Part shown: positions 32,442 to 42,600 of the stretch, piece after piece | Layout of the letters: every line of letters begins with the position of its first letter | Numbering within the stretch: position 1 is the first letter of the stretch | Sequence record: OZ503098.1 | Strand: one strand, 5' to 3' | Length of the DNA stretch: 44,954 bases | Origin: a phage | Position numbers and translations under genes: made by a program | The notes under the pieces: model-generated | Told to the model about the DNA's origin: nothing | Seen by the model: only the letters and a program-made list of their open reading frames with translations | The model's database searches: none

Positions 32442-33158
32442 ATGGGTTATCAACTTCCTAACGGGTCTAGCGTCCAGATTGGGTCCGTACTGGGTAAAGG
32501 CGTCGCGGTCACGGCAGCAACCAACGCCGTCGCGTCAATCTCTGACAAAACGAAAGGTTGCGTTATCACCTGCGCGGCTTCTCATGGCCTGGTAGTTGGC
32601 GACGTGGTGATGTTCACCAAATCTCCGTGGGTCCGTGCACTTAACCGCGCGTTCATCGTGGGTAAAGTGGAGCCTAACAGCGTTACGCTGGCGGGCTTCG
32701 ACTCCTCCGATGTTACCAAATACCCTTCCGGTGCTTTCAGCACTGGCACTCCGGGCGAAGTGGTTAAGGTGTCGGGCTTTATTGACTTCCCGTACATCAC
32801 TAACGTTGCCGTGTCTGGCGGCGACCAGCAGACGACTACCTTCCAGCCGCTGCAGTTGAACACCGCGATCAGCATTAACACCACGAAAAATCCGTGGGTG
32901 CAGACTTTTACCTTCACCCATGACGTGGAAGACCCGATCCGCCCTGTCCTGGAAGACCTGGACGACACACAGAAAACCACTGTAATCCAGTTCACTAACC
33001 CCGCGGCAGCAGGCGGCAAAGGTGAGGTGCGCATTTACCCAGCTAAGGTATCTTTCCAGAAGATTCCATCCGCTGAAGTAAATAACGTGGAGACGGTGCA
33101 AGTGACTTTGACCATGCAGGCGGATATGGTCATCTACCTCAAAAGTTTGGGCGCTTAA
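32442..33158 (+). CDS. Major tail (tube) protein
   Basis: 238-aa Gly/Val/Thr-rich protein upstream of the G/GT chaperone genes, followed by a strong terminator. Confidence 0.6.
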   Translation: MGYQLPNGSSVQIGSVLGKGVAVTAATNAVASISDKTKGCVITCAASHGLVVGDVVMFTKSPWVRALNRAFIVGKVEPNSVTLAGFDSSDVTKYPSGAFSTGTPGEVVKVSGFIDFPYITNVAVSGGDQQTTTFQPLQLNTAISINTTKNPWVQTFTFTHDVEDPIRPVLEDLDDTQKTTVIQFTNPAAAGGKGEVRIYPAKVSFQKIPSAEVNNVETVQVTLTMQADMVIYLKSLGA

Positions 33159-33175
33159 ATAGCAGGTGATAATAT

Positions 33176-33198
33176 GGGGCCAGACGGCCCCTTTTTTA
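33176..33198 (+). terminator. Rho-independent terminator after the major tail protein gene
   Basis: GGGGCC-agac-GGCCCC followed by TTTTTT. Confidence 0.6.
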
Positions 33199-33213
33199 TT
33201 GGAGAATACCACA

Positions 33214-33576
33214 ATGGCTAAAGCACCACTCTTTACACTTGACCCTAAGCCTACCTTTAAGCTGCCGATTGAGATCCCGCGCCCTGGTGAGAACGAACCG
33301 GGCAAAATGACGTTTACCGTACGCCACCGCCCGATCGACGAATTTTCGCAGACCATGCAGGATACTGAGCGCAAGTTGTCGGAGTATGACGACAATGACC
33401 CTGACGGCTTTAACGTTATGGTCGAGGCCATAATGCACGTCGCTGAAGGCTGGAATCTGCCGGACGAATTTAACGCGGAGAACGTCCGCCGCCTGGTGGT
33501 CAACTACCCGCGCGCGTTCGGCGTGTTCCACACGTCGTACTATCTCGAACTGATGGGGCTGCGTGAAAAAAACTAA
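33214..33576 (+). CDS. Tail assembly chaperone (lambda gpG-like), zero-frame product
   Basis: ATG 33214 with GGAGAA RBS; 120 aa acidic protein between the major tail and tape measure genes; ends at a slippery heptamer. Confidence 0.6.
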   Translation: MAKAPLFTLDPKPTFKLPIEIPRPGENEPGKMTFTVRHRPIDEFSQTMQDTERKLSEYDDNDPDGFNVMVEAIMHVAEGWNLPDEFNAENVRRLVVNYPRAFGVFHTSYYLELMGLREKN

Positions 33577-33890
33577 TTGAGGCGGCGCGACGCTTTTATG
33601 GCCCGCCGCCACCCTCCGAAGATTTAGCCGCAAGTTTATGGGGTGCGGCCCCCGAAGATGTTTGCCCGCCGGTTGCACTATGGCCCGACAATGCGAAGGT
33701 AGTCGCAGTCTTCACGGATTGCGCCACGCAATGGCGTACCGGATTCGGTGGCGCATACGGCATCGACTACGGCGTACTGGAATGGTTATTTAATATGCAC
33801 GGCATCGAAAACGCGCAACGTGCGTTTAAAGATATCAAGCTAATGGAACGCGTTGCGCTGGATGAAATGGCGCGGCAGAACCCCGCATAA
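33214..33890 (+). CDS. Tail assembly chaperone frameshift fusion product (gpGT-like) made by -1 frameshifting at 33567-33573
   Basis: The -1 frame is open from the slippery site A_AAA_AAC (33567-33573) to TAA 33888-33890, 107 codons translated by hand with no stop; canonical arrangement upstream of tape measure genes. Confidence 0.5.
33567..33573 (+). other. Slippery heptanucleotide A_AAA_AAC for programmed -1 ribosomal frameshifting
   Basis: Codons GAA AAA AAC TAA in the zero frame; a -1 shift gives AAA AAA CTA ATT GAG and onward. Confidence 0.5.
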
Positions 33891-34215
33891 CGGAGCGGGA
33901 CAGGCGGGACGTCCCGTTTTGTCCCGCACCTCTAAAACTGCATATTTACTCACCACAATTGCATAAATCAAAAGCGGGACAGGGGTGCTGTCCCGATCTG
34001 TCCCGCCCCCAAAATGTGAATGTCTATTCAGTTTTATTGCATAAAGTAAGCGGGACAAAAAGCGGGACAGAATGAGGCGGGACAAAGCGGGACAGCACCC
34101 CTATCCCCGCCAGTGCTGCCGCGGGTTTTAGCCGATCGGGACAGGCGGGACAAAGCCCAGTCTTTCAGACTAGACGGGGGTCAATGGCCCCCCTCGTCTG
34201 AGACTGAATAAGGTT
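33891..34215. repeat. Iteron/hairpin array 2 (expanded copy of array 1) inserted between the chaperone and tape measure genes
   Basis: GCGGGACA/TGTCCCGC copies at 33895, 33904, 33926, 33975, 33991, 34002, 34051, 34063, 34079, 34089 and 34153 (approximate); block 34048-34107 nearly identical to 17742-17802; hairpin block 34157-34215 nearly identical to 17850-17905; TGCATAA words at 33939, 33960, 34038, 34251. Confidence 0.7.
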
Positions 34216-34274
34216 TGTTTTAAATTCGCTGATACAATGACCGACGGCAACTGCATAAAAAGGGGGACTGCATA

Positions 34275-36917
34275 ATGGCAGATCAGGCAGCGGGCATCAC
34301 GCTCAAGGCGGACGTCGCGCAAATTAAAACGGCTAATACTGTGCTGGACACATTTGCGCAGAAATCCGAGAACACAGAACAGAAAGTCAAAAAATTAAAC
34401 GACACCCTCGGCAAGTCGAAAAAGGTCACGGGTGACGCCGCTGGCGGAATGGAAAAGTTAGCGACTGAATCTCAGCGTGCCGCCGACGGCATGACGAAAC
34501 AGGAGCGACTCGCCAGCCGATTAGGCATGTCGACCAAAAACCTGGGATTCGCATCGCGGAACGCCGCATTCCAGTTACAGGATATCGCGGTTACGCTTGA
34601 GATGGGTATGCCGGTGCACCGCGTCATGCTTCAGCAGCTACCACAGCTAACCGGCGCATTTGGCGGACTGGGTAACACGCTGCGTTATGTTGCAGGCTTC
34701 CTCGGCCCAGTAGGGATCGGACTTGCTGCCGTAACGGCGACGTTAGGCGTGGGCGTGGCAATTACGTCACGGGCAGAGAACCAGGTAGCCGCGCTTAATA
34801 AGACGCTGGCGCTGTCCGGTAATATCTCCGGCCTCACAGCTAACCAGATCCTGGTGCTGTCCGAGAACGCCGAGCGCATGGGCGGGTCTTTTCGCAAGAC
34901 GCGTGACACAATCCAGGCACTGGCGGCGGCTGGTGTGAAAGCGGGTGGTGACTTCGGCGCATTGGCTAAGGTAGTTAATGACTTTGCGAAGGTGTCCAGC
35001 CAGCCGATCGAGGATGTGGTGGCGGCGGTGGCTAAGCTGTCAACCGACCCCGTTGGCGGACTGCGTGCGCTGGCGGATAAGTATCACGTCGTAAACGAAG
35101 CGCAGATCCAGCAGGTACAGTCGCTCGTTGATGCGGGTCGTGAGACAGACGCAGTTGCGTTGGCTAACAAAACAGCCGCTGCGTCGTTCACCAGCATGAC
35201 CAATGAAATCAAGTCCAACATGGGTACGCTTGAGCGGTCGATGAACGTCGTCACATCGGCAGCTAAATCTATGTGGGATGCCATCCTGGATGTGGGCCGC
35301 GCGCAGTCCTCGAATGAGTCAGAGATGAAAGCGCGTGAGTCATTGCAGCGCATGACCACGGCTTATTATGCCGAGATGAAAGCGGTAAACGCTGCCGGTG
35401 GGGTAATGACTGAAGCGCAGAAAGCACGTATTAACATGCTTTACAGCGAACTGGTCGCCCAGGAAAAAGTGGTGGCATCGCTCACCCTGCGTAACCGTGC
35501 TGAGCGAGACAACGCCCGCGCCGCAGACGAATCCGCAAAGGCGAACGAGGAGGCCAACCGCACTGCCCGTGACCGCGCCGCGTTCGAGAAGGAATACGCC
35601 ACCAACGCTAAGAAACGCGCCGACGAGATCGCCCGTCTCAATTTGCTGAATAAGCGCGGCGTTATCGACGAGAAAGAGCTTGCCGAGGCGGTGAAGCAGG
35701 TAAACGAGCGGTACAAAGACCCCGCCCCGAAGAAGGCCGCGGCTGTTCGCGTGGACGCCGGTATGAAAATGCTGGAAGTTGCACGGAGCGAACTGGCCCA
35801 GCTTCGAGAATCCGGCAAGCAGATCGAAGCCAACGCGTCTACGCAGACCCGCACGCAACGCGCTCAAGCGGCCTTAAACAAGCTGATCGCCGACAATGAG
35901 CAGTTAATCGCTGCGAGCAAAGAAAGAGCGCTAACGGCAGCAGAAAAGCAGCAGATGGTCGAATTCGGACGCGTGAAGGAAGTGCGCGAGCAGATCGTCG
36001 AAGAAGCCAAATTGCTGGACGCGAAAGAGAAGCAGGTTAAGGCGCACGCGCAGATCGATGCCTTCGTTAAGAACCAGAACGCCGAACTAAAAGCCACCGC
36101 CGCGGGGTATGCGCTTTCCACTCGCGAAGCGGCAAACCTGCGCGAAGAATTGCAGCTAATTGACCGCCTGAAGCGGGTTGGCGCTAACGATACCGATATT
36201 GACAAGGCGGTGTCTAAGCTGCGAGAAGTGCAGGAAGCACAGACCGGCGCTAACGCCTCGTTATGGGATGGATTCAGTCGCGGGCTTAAAGATAGCGTGG
36301 ATGAAATGGGTAACGGATATACGCAGATGGCGTCGCTCACGAAATTCACATTCAGCGCTATGCAAGACACGATGAACGAGTTTTTCGAGACTGGCAAGCT
36401 GAACGCAAAGGATATGGTTAAATCCATCCTGAGCGAACTAATCAAGCTGGCTACCTCGCAGGCGTTCAAGTCCATCGTTAGCGCTTTCGGTGGCGACGGC
36501 GGCAAAAACGGATTGTTCGGCGCTATATTCTCTGGCCTCACTAAGAATGCGGACGGCGGAGCGTACGCAGGAGGCAATCTCGCGGCCTATTCGGGGAAAG
36601 TCGTAAGCCAGCCTACCTTTTTCAGTTATGGCGTCCAGGCGTTCGCTAAGGGCGCGGGGTTGATGGGGGAGGCGGGACCCGAGGCCATCATGCCACTGAA
36701 GCGCGGGCCAGACGGAAAACTGGGCGTTGCCGCGTCTGGCGCAGGCGGTGGTATGGTCGTGACGACTAACGTTTACACGGGGACCGGTAAAACGGATACC
36801 AGTGTCAGCGGGCCGGATCCCCGTACCGCGCAGGCGTTCGGCAAGCAAATCACCGAGGCGGTGAAGGCCGAGATCGTGAAGGCGACGAAACCGGGTGGTG
36901 TACTTTACAAACGATGA
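34275..36917 (+). CDS. Tail tape measure protein
   Basis: 880-aa ORF with AGGGGGA RBS; long helical, Ala/Gln/Lys/Glu-rich middle and Gly-rich C-terminus; position after G/GT. Confidence 0.8.
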   Translation: MADQAAGITLKADVAQIKTANTVLDTFAQKSENTEQKVKKLNDTLGKSKKVTGDAAGGMEKLATESQRAADGMTKQERLASRLGMSTKNLGFASRNAAFQLQDIAVTLEMGMPVHRVMLQQLPQLTGAFGGLGNTLRYVAGFLGPVGIGLAAVTATLGVGVAITSRAENQVAALNKTLALSGNISGLTANQILVLSENAERMGGSFRKTRDTIQALAAAGVKAGGDFGALAKVVNDFAKVSSQPIEDVVAAVAKLSTDPVGGLRALADKYHVVNEAQIQQVQSLVDAGRETDAVALANKTAAASFTSMTNEIKSNMGTLERSMNVVTSAAKSMWDAILDVGRAQSSNESEMKARESLQRMTTAYYAEMKAVNAAGGVMTEAQKARINMLYSELVAQEKVVASLTLRNRAERDNARAADESAKANEEANRTARDRAAFEKEYATNAKKRADEIARLNLLNKRGVIDEKELAEAVKQVNERYKDPAPKKAAAVRVDAGMKMLEVARSELAQLRESGKQIEANASTQTRTQRAQAALNKLIADNEQLIAASKERALTAAEKQQMVEFGRVKEVREQIVEEAKLLDAKEKQVKAHAQIDAFVKNQNAELKATAAGYALSTREAANLREELQLIDRLKRVGANDTDIDKAVSKLREVQEAQTGANASLWDGFSRGLKDSVDEMGNGYTQMASLTKFTFSAMQDTMNEFFETGKLNAKDMVKSILSELIKLATSQAFKSIVSAFGGDGGKNGLFGAIFSGLTKNADGGAYAGGNLAAYSGKVVSQPTFFSYGVQAFAKGAGLMGEAGPEAIMPLKRGPDGKLGVAASGAGGGMVVTTNVYTGTGKTDTSVSGPDPRTAQAFGKQITEAVKAEIVKATKPGGVLYKR

Positions 36918-36924
36918 TAAAATG

Positions 36925-36953
36925 GCCCTCACATCCATCGTGGGGGCTTTTTT
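36925..36953 (+). terminator. Hairpin plus T6 after the tape measure gene, abutting the next start codon
   Basis: GCCCTCAC-atccatc-GTGGGGGC (one G-U pair) followed by TTTTTT, then ATG 36954. Confidence 0.4.
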
Positions 36954-37553
36954 ATGTCACAAGGTACAATCACACTAACGAAAGGAAGTAAGACCGTTAC
37001 AGGCGCGGGGACGGCGTTCCTTAGCGAGATCGGGAAGGTACTCGTATTCGCCCGCATCGACGGCAACGACTACACCGGCAAAATTGCGGCGTTCAACTCG
37101 AACACGGTCATTACACTGAAAGATAACTGGGCCGGTCCGACGAAATCCGGTGCGGCATATGAGCTAATCGAAGCGCACGACCCGAGGTCAAACGAATGGC
37201 CCTATTACTGGCACATGCAATTGCAGGGCGGTGGCGACGTGCAGTTAGCTTTCCGGTCGGAGGAATTGCAATTCGGTAACGGTTACGGGCAGAACATCGC
37301 GGACGGCCCGAACGCCGAAACGAAACAATTCCCCGTGCAATTCGTCGGGCTAACTACTGATAAGTGGTGCGACCCCAAACTGGTTTACAACTTCCTTCGC
37401 GGGCACTTCGTCAAGCCGTTTGTCGTCGCCGCCCCGGATGGCGAAACAGGTTTATTCGTGGTCGAGCGTTCGAGCTTGTCATACACAGACAACGGGCACC
37501 ACACGGCAACTGTATCCGCCACCCTTAAGACTGCTATTGGATTCGTAAGATGA
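36954..37553 (+). CDS. Minor tail protein (distal tail, gpM position)
   Basis: 199-aa ORF directly after the tape measure gene, coupled to the following L-like gene. Confidence 0.45.
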   Translation: MSQGTITLTKGSKTVTGAGTAFLSEIGKVLVFARIDGNDYTGKIAAFNSNTVITLKDNWAGPTKSGAAYELIEAHDPRSNEWPYYWHMQLQGGGDVQLAFRSEELQFGNGYGQNIADGPNAETKQFPVQFVGLTTDKWCDPKLVYNFLRGHFVKPFVVAAPDGETGLFVVERSSLSYTDNGHHTATVSATLKTAIGFVR

Positions 37554-38338
37554 ATAAACTTTATCGTGAAGCGACGCGCTTTGACCCATCGGGCCGCGTT
37601 CGCCTGATTCACATTGACGCGCAGGACGTGGAACCAGGGGATGGCGCGATCGGAGCGGGCCACCACTATTTTCACTACTGCTTCATTCCGCACACTGCGG
37701 ATGATATTGCTGCCGCGGGTGGTGACGAGGATAAGCTGAAGCCAAAATCCATCTTCTTCGGTGGGCAGGAGTTCGAATTTTGGCCCTTTGATTTGTCCGG
37801 CCTCAACTTCTCCACGACAACGGCAGCGGAACCGCAGCTAACCATCGTTGATATTGGCGGCATAATCACCCGGCTGTCGCTGAATCACGACCAGCTACTT
37901 GGCGCGAAGGTTGAGATCATTGATACGTTCGCGAAGTTCCTGGACAACGGGACAGATCCAGACCCGACGCAAAAGCGAGTCCAGGAGTATTACATCGACT
38001 CACAGGTCGGGCGCAATCCAGGCAAGCAAATCACCTTCGCACTATCCTCCCCCGCGGATATGGAAGGGCAGGTAGTCCCCCGTCGCCAAATCATGAATAT
38101 GTGCGAGTGGGCGCTCAACGGGAAGTACGCCAGCGGGGACGGGTGCACCTGGAACCTTGCGAAGCCTGGTATCAAGTATTACGACGAGCGAGGTAATGAA
38201 GTCATCGCGATGAACATGGACCGATGCGGCGGCTGTTTGTCCGACTGTTATCTTCGATTTGGGCAAGGGCTTGCGGACCCTAAAGCGGCGGTGCTGGACT
38301 TCGGCGGCTTTCCGGGGTCCAGATTAATTAAGGGGTAG
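37550..38338 (+). CDS. Minor tail protein L-like
   Basis: C-terminal Cys cluster CGGCLSDC as in lambda gpL-type proteins; order M-L-K-I-J conserved. Confidence 0.55.
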   Translation: MNKLYREATRFDPSGRVRLIHIDAQDVEPGDGAIGAGHHYFHYCFIPHTADDIAAAGGDEDKLKPKSIFFGGQEFEFWPFDLSGLNFSTTTAAEPQLTIVDIGGIITRLSLNHDQLLGAKVEIIDTFAKFLDNGTDPDPTQKRVQEYYIDSQVGRNPGKQITFALSSPADMEGQVVPRRQIMNMCEWALNGKYASGDGCTWNLAKPGIKYYDERGNEVIAMNMDRCGGCLSDCYLRFGQGLADPKAAVLDFGGFPGSRLIKG

Positions 38339-38340
38339 TC

Positions 38341-39081
38341 ATGTTAACGAAGAAGGTTAAAAGCGGTATCGCCGCACACGTTGCGGCATGTCTACCGGAA
38401 GAAGCCTGCGGCCTGGTTGTCATGGTGGGCCGCAAACAAGTTTTTGTCCCGTGCCCTAACGTCTTCGAAGACCCGACCGGGGCGCGTTCGCGTAAAGACG
38501 CATTTACTATTAGTGATATGGCCTGGATGGATGCCGAGGATATGGGCGACGTCGTGCGCGTAGTCCACTCACACCCGGGTCAGCGCGAGTTAACCCCCTC
38601 ACTGGGCGACGTTAACGGATGCAACGGCAGCGGCGTCGTCTGGACCATCACTAACGAATATGGCGACTTTATCGAGATAGACCCGGAAGACCCGCCGCTG
38701 GTAGGCCGCCGATTTGTTCTCGGAATTACGGATTGTTATGGCCTCATCATGGACTGGCACAAAAAGCAGGGAGTAAATTTGCCAGACTTCCGCGTGCCGT
38801 ATAACTGGTGGGAGACAGGCGAAAATCTGTATATGGATAATTGGTACGGTGCTGGCTTCAGGGAATGCGAGGAGAATACGCCGGGGGCGATGGTTATCAT
38901 GCAGATCAGCGCGCCAGTACCTAACCATGCCGGGATATTCCTTCCGGGCAACCAACTACTCCACCATATCTACGGCAACCTGTCTAGCGTGATACCCTTC
39001 CGGTCGGGATTTTTCCGGGACAATGTGGTTAAATGGGTACGTCATAAAGACCTACCGGGGAATATCACAGAATGGCAATGA
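38341..39081 (+). CDS. Tail assembly protein K-like (JAB/MPN metalloprotease plus NlpC/P60-like region)
   Basis: JAMM motif VVHSHPGQRELTPSLGD (HxH...S-x-x-D); 246 aa; position after the L-like gene. Confidence 0.7.
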   Translation: MLTKKVKSGIAAHVAACLPEEACGLVVMVGRKQVFVPCPNVFEDPTGARSRKDAFTISDMAWMDAEDMGDVVRVVHSHPGQRELTPSLGDVNGCNGSGVVWTITNEYGDFIEIDPEDPPLVGRRFVLGITDCYGLIMDWHKKQGVNLPDFRVPYNWWETGENLYMDNWYGAGFRECEENTPGAMVIMQISAPVPNHAGIFLPGNQLLHHIYGNLSSVIPFRSGFFRDNVVKWVRHKDLPGNITEWQ

Positions 39082-39689
39082 CAACGTTTAAATTGTACGG
39101 CGTCTTAGGGCGTCGATTCGGTAAAGTGCATAAACTGGACTGCTTCACTCCGGGTGAGGGTATTACCGGCCTGTGCGTGAAGTTACCCGGCTTACAGGAC
39201 TTTCTAATGTCGGCCCACCTGGACAACATGATGTTCAAAGTGCGCAAGGGCAACCACACAATGACCGGCTACGACGAATTGGGCGAGTTCCACGGTAACC
39301 GCGTCGTCACCATCGCGCCGGTTATGACTGGCGCAAAAAGAGGATTGGGACAATTGCTGGCGGGTGTCGCGATTGTGGTGGCGTCGTTCTACGCGCCAGC
39401 GCTTGCTACTGCCGCTTTTGGGGCTTCGGCGGCAACCGCTGCCGCTATCGGGACGGCGACGTTTTCGTTCGGAATGTCTCTTGCGATGGGCGGTGCTATG
39501 CAATTATTATCACCGCAACCGAAAGGATTGCAGACAAGGCAGGACGTGGATAACAAGGCGTCGTATGCGTTCGGCGGCCCAGTAAACACTACCGCGCAAG
39601 GCACGGCTCTTGGTGTATTATGGGGCGAGCGTGAGATCGGCGGCGCTATTATTTCAGCCGGAATCGTAACCGAGGATTTGAACGAATGA
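39072..39689 (+). CDS. Tail assembly protein I-like
   Basis: Overlaps the K-like gene; soluble N-terminal domain followed by a Gly/Ala-rich hydrophobic stretch (AGVAIVVASFYAPALATAAFGASAATAAAIG); position before the J-like gene. Confidence 0.5.
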   Translation: MAMTTFKLYGVLGRRFGKVHKLDCFTPGEGITGLCVKLPGLQDFLMSAHLDNMMFKVRKGNHTMTGYDELGEFHGNRVVTIAPVMTGAKRGLGQLLAGVAIVVASFYAPALATAAFGASAATAAAIGTATFSFGMSLAMGGAMQLLSPQPKGLQTRQDVDNKASYAFGGPVNTTAQGTALGVLWGEREIGGAIISAGIVTEDLNE

Positions 39690-42600
39690 CGATTGTATAC
39701 GACGTCACGGGACATAAAGGCGGCGGTGGCAAACAGCACACCCCACAGGAGACGCCCGATAGCCTGCATTCGCTGGCTAAAATCCGCATCTTGCTTGCGC
39801 TGGGCGAAGGGGAGTTCGAAGGTATTCCCGACCCTAACGAATTACGGCAGCGCGTATATCTGGACGGAACACCGATCCAGAACGCAGACCTGTCCGAAAA
39901 CTTCCCCGGAGCGCGTGTGGAGTTCCGCCCCGGCACACAGCACCAGGATGTGATCCACGGATTTTCAGCGGTGGAAAGTGAGCAATCTGTCGGCGTAAAA
40001 CTGGAAAACGGTACGCCGTGGGTACGCCAGATTAACGATACCAGTCTGGACGCCGTTCGCATTCGCATCGGCATTCCGGCCCTGTACACTAACGAAGATA
40101 ATGGCGACCTGGTTGGCGGACGCATTGACTATAAGATCGTTGTGTATACGGATAACGCCGACCCGCGTGAGTTCAGATTCGCCGCCGTTGGTAAAACAAT
40201 GTCGCTATATGAGCGCGACCACCGCATCGAATTACCGCCGAACGTGAATACCGGCTGGCGAGTGGAGGTGCACCGCATAACGGCGGACTCCACATCGGCG
40301 AAAGTGGTTAATGATATCCGGGTGCAATCCATTACTGAGATTATCGACGCCCGCCTGCGATACCCGCTAACCGCGCTGTTGTTCGTGGAGTTCGACGCCA
40401 AAGCGTTCCAGAACATCCCGCGCGTGTCCATCAAGTGCAAAGGACGTAAAGTGCTGGTGCCGAACAACTATGACCCGATTAGGCATACCTATTCTGGAAA
40501 CTGGGATGGGACGTTTAAACGCGCATGGACGGATAACCCTGCGTGGCACTGGTATGATATTTGTATTACTGAGCGCTTCGGCCTCGGTCGTAGGATCAAG
40601 CCGCAGATGCTAAACCGCTATGCGCTTTACCAGATCGCGCAGCGCTGCGATCAACTGGTCAGTGACGGCAACGGTGGGCAGGAAATCAGATTTAAGAATG
40701 ATATGTACATCCAGTCGCAGACCGATGCCTGGACAGTGCTTAAGGATTTAGCCGCTATCTTTGCCGGAATGACCTGGTGGGGTAATCAGATGTTGAATAT
40801 CGTCAGTGACCAACCGGTCGCGGCAGTGTCACACACTATCACCAACGCCTCGGTTATTGATGGTCGATTCGACTACGCATCTGGCAGCCAGAAAACTCGG
40901 TATTCAACTTTCGCGGTAGCATACGGCAACCCGAAAAACCACTATGATGACGCTATCGCAACGGGCCAGCGCGTCGAACTGGTGCGACGCCATAAGATTA
41001 ACCGTCTTGATATTACGGCGATCGGTTGTACGCGTGAATCTGAGGCGCAACGCCGCGGGCACTGGGCGCTAATATCCAACCAGCTTGACCAGCAAGTTAG
41101 CTTTAAAGTTGGCATGGAAGGGTTATTCTTTATTCCAGGTAGCGTAGTAGCGATCGCGGACACAAACATTTCTGGGGGTTTTGAGACGCGCGGCGGTCGA
41201 CTGTTGTCAGACCCCGGAACGCGTACCGTGCTGCACACGGACTGCGAAATCACGTTCCGCCCGGGCGATAAGTTCCTTGTGCGTACCGATAGCGGAAATG
41301 TGGAGACTCGCGAGATCGCCAGCGTCAACGGCAACAAGGTCACGCTAAAAACCGCACTGGATGCCGACCCGATTCCAGACCAGCCGTTTTGCGTTGACGG
41401 CAACGATATCCAGTTGCAAAAATTCCGCATCACCGACCTGGAATATGACGACTCTACCAGCACTTTCTCGGTGCGCGGGATTGAATATAACGATAGCAAA
41501 TATGATGCCGTTGATAATGGCGCGCGCCTAGACCCGGGCATCTTTACGCAAGTGCCGGACGGTGTAATGAAGGGGCCGGAATCCGTGACTATAACTCCGT
41601 CGCAGATTTCATCGCAAGGCCAGCTAATAACCAACGTGGATATTGTTTTCCCGCCGGTGAAAGATGCCGTGGTGTATGAAATCCAGTGGAGGCGTACTAG
41701 CCTGCAGAATATGGAAATCCAGTGGGGTAACGACTGGGTGAATATCCCGCGCACGGCGTCGAATGGTGCGCACATCCCTAACGTGTTCTCCGGCAACTAC
41801 CAAGCGCGCGTCCGCGCAATCGGTATGGGTGAGATTTCATCTCCGTGGGTGTCTTCCGAAATCACGCCGGTGGAAGGTCGCCTCGGCGGGCTTAACGCAC
41901 CAATCATCACCAACGCGATTTCAGGTTTGCATCAAATTCTATGGAAGTGGAATCACAACAACGCTGCGACTGATATCTCATACACCGAGCTTGAAGTGCG
42001 CAAGACTGGCGAAACGGAATGGAAATTCTTAACAAACGTCCCATACCCTGGGGCAGAGTATGCGCAAACGTCGCTGGAGTTCGGCATATACCAGCAGTTG
42101 CGCGCCCGTGTAGCGGATAAAATAGGCAACCTGTCGGACTGGTCGGCCCCGTTCGAAGGCCAGGTGAGTGACAAAGTTGACGAGTACATGAAGGGGCTTG
42201 ATGACGAGTTCTTGACTTCCGAGGATGGTAAACACTTCCAGGAAGCTATTAACACGATCCCGCAGGGTATTTACGAGGCAATGCTCACCGACGCGCAGCA
42301 GTTGTTTAACGCCCGTGCCGAGTACAAAGGGATTTACGCAGAAATCAAGGTGGCTTATAACGTGGCGGCGGACGCCAGCAAGGCCGTAGCGCAACTGGAG
42401 ACGTTGATCGGCACGCGACTTGACGATGCAGAAGCGGCGATCCACACGTTGCAGACAGCGCAAAGCACGCACGAGCAAGCCTTCGCCCAGTATCAGCAAA
42501 CTGTTGCCGCTAAATTTGGGGATCAGGAAGCCGCCATCCAGCAGGTACAAACGGCAACGAGCACCAATGCTCAGGCGCTGGCGGATTATAAAGTCCACGT

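Noticed and set aside
33891-34215. Possibility that the GCGGGACA repeats are a CRISPR array
   Set aside because: Repeat unit is only 8-10 bp, spacing is irregular (2-30 bp), copies occur in both orientations, and there are no cas genes; not CRISPR-like.
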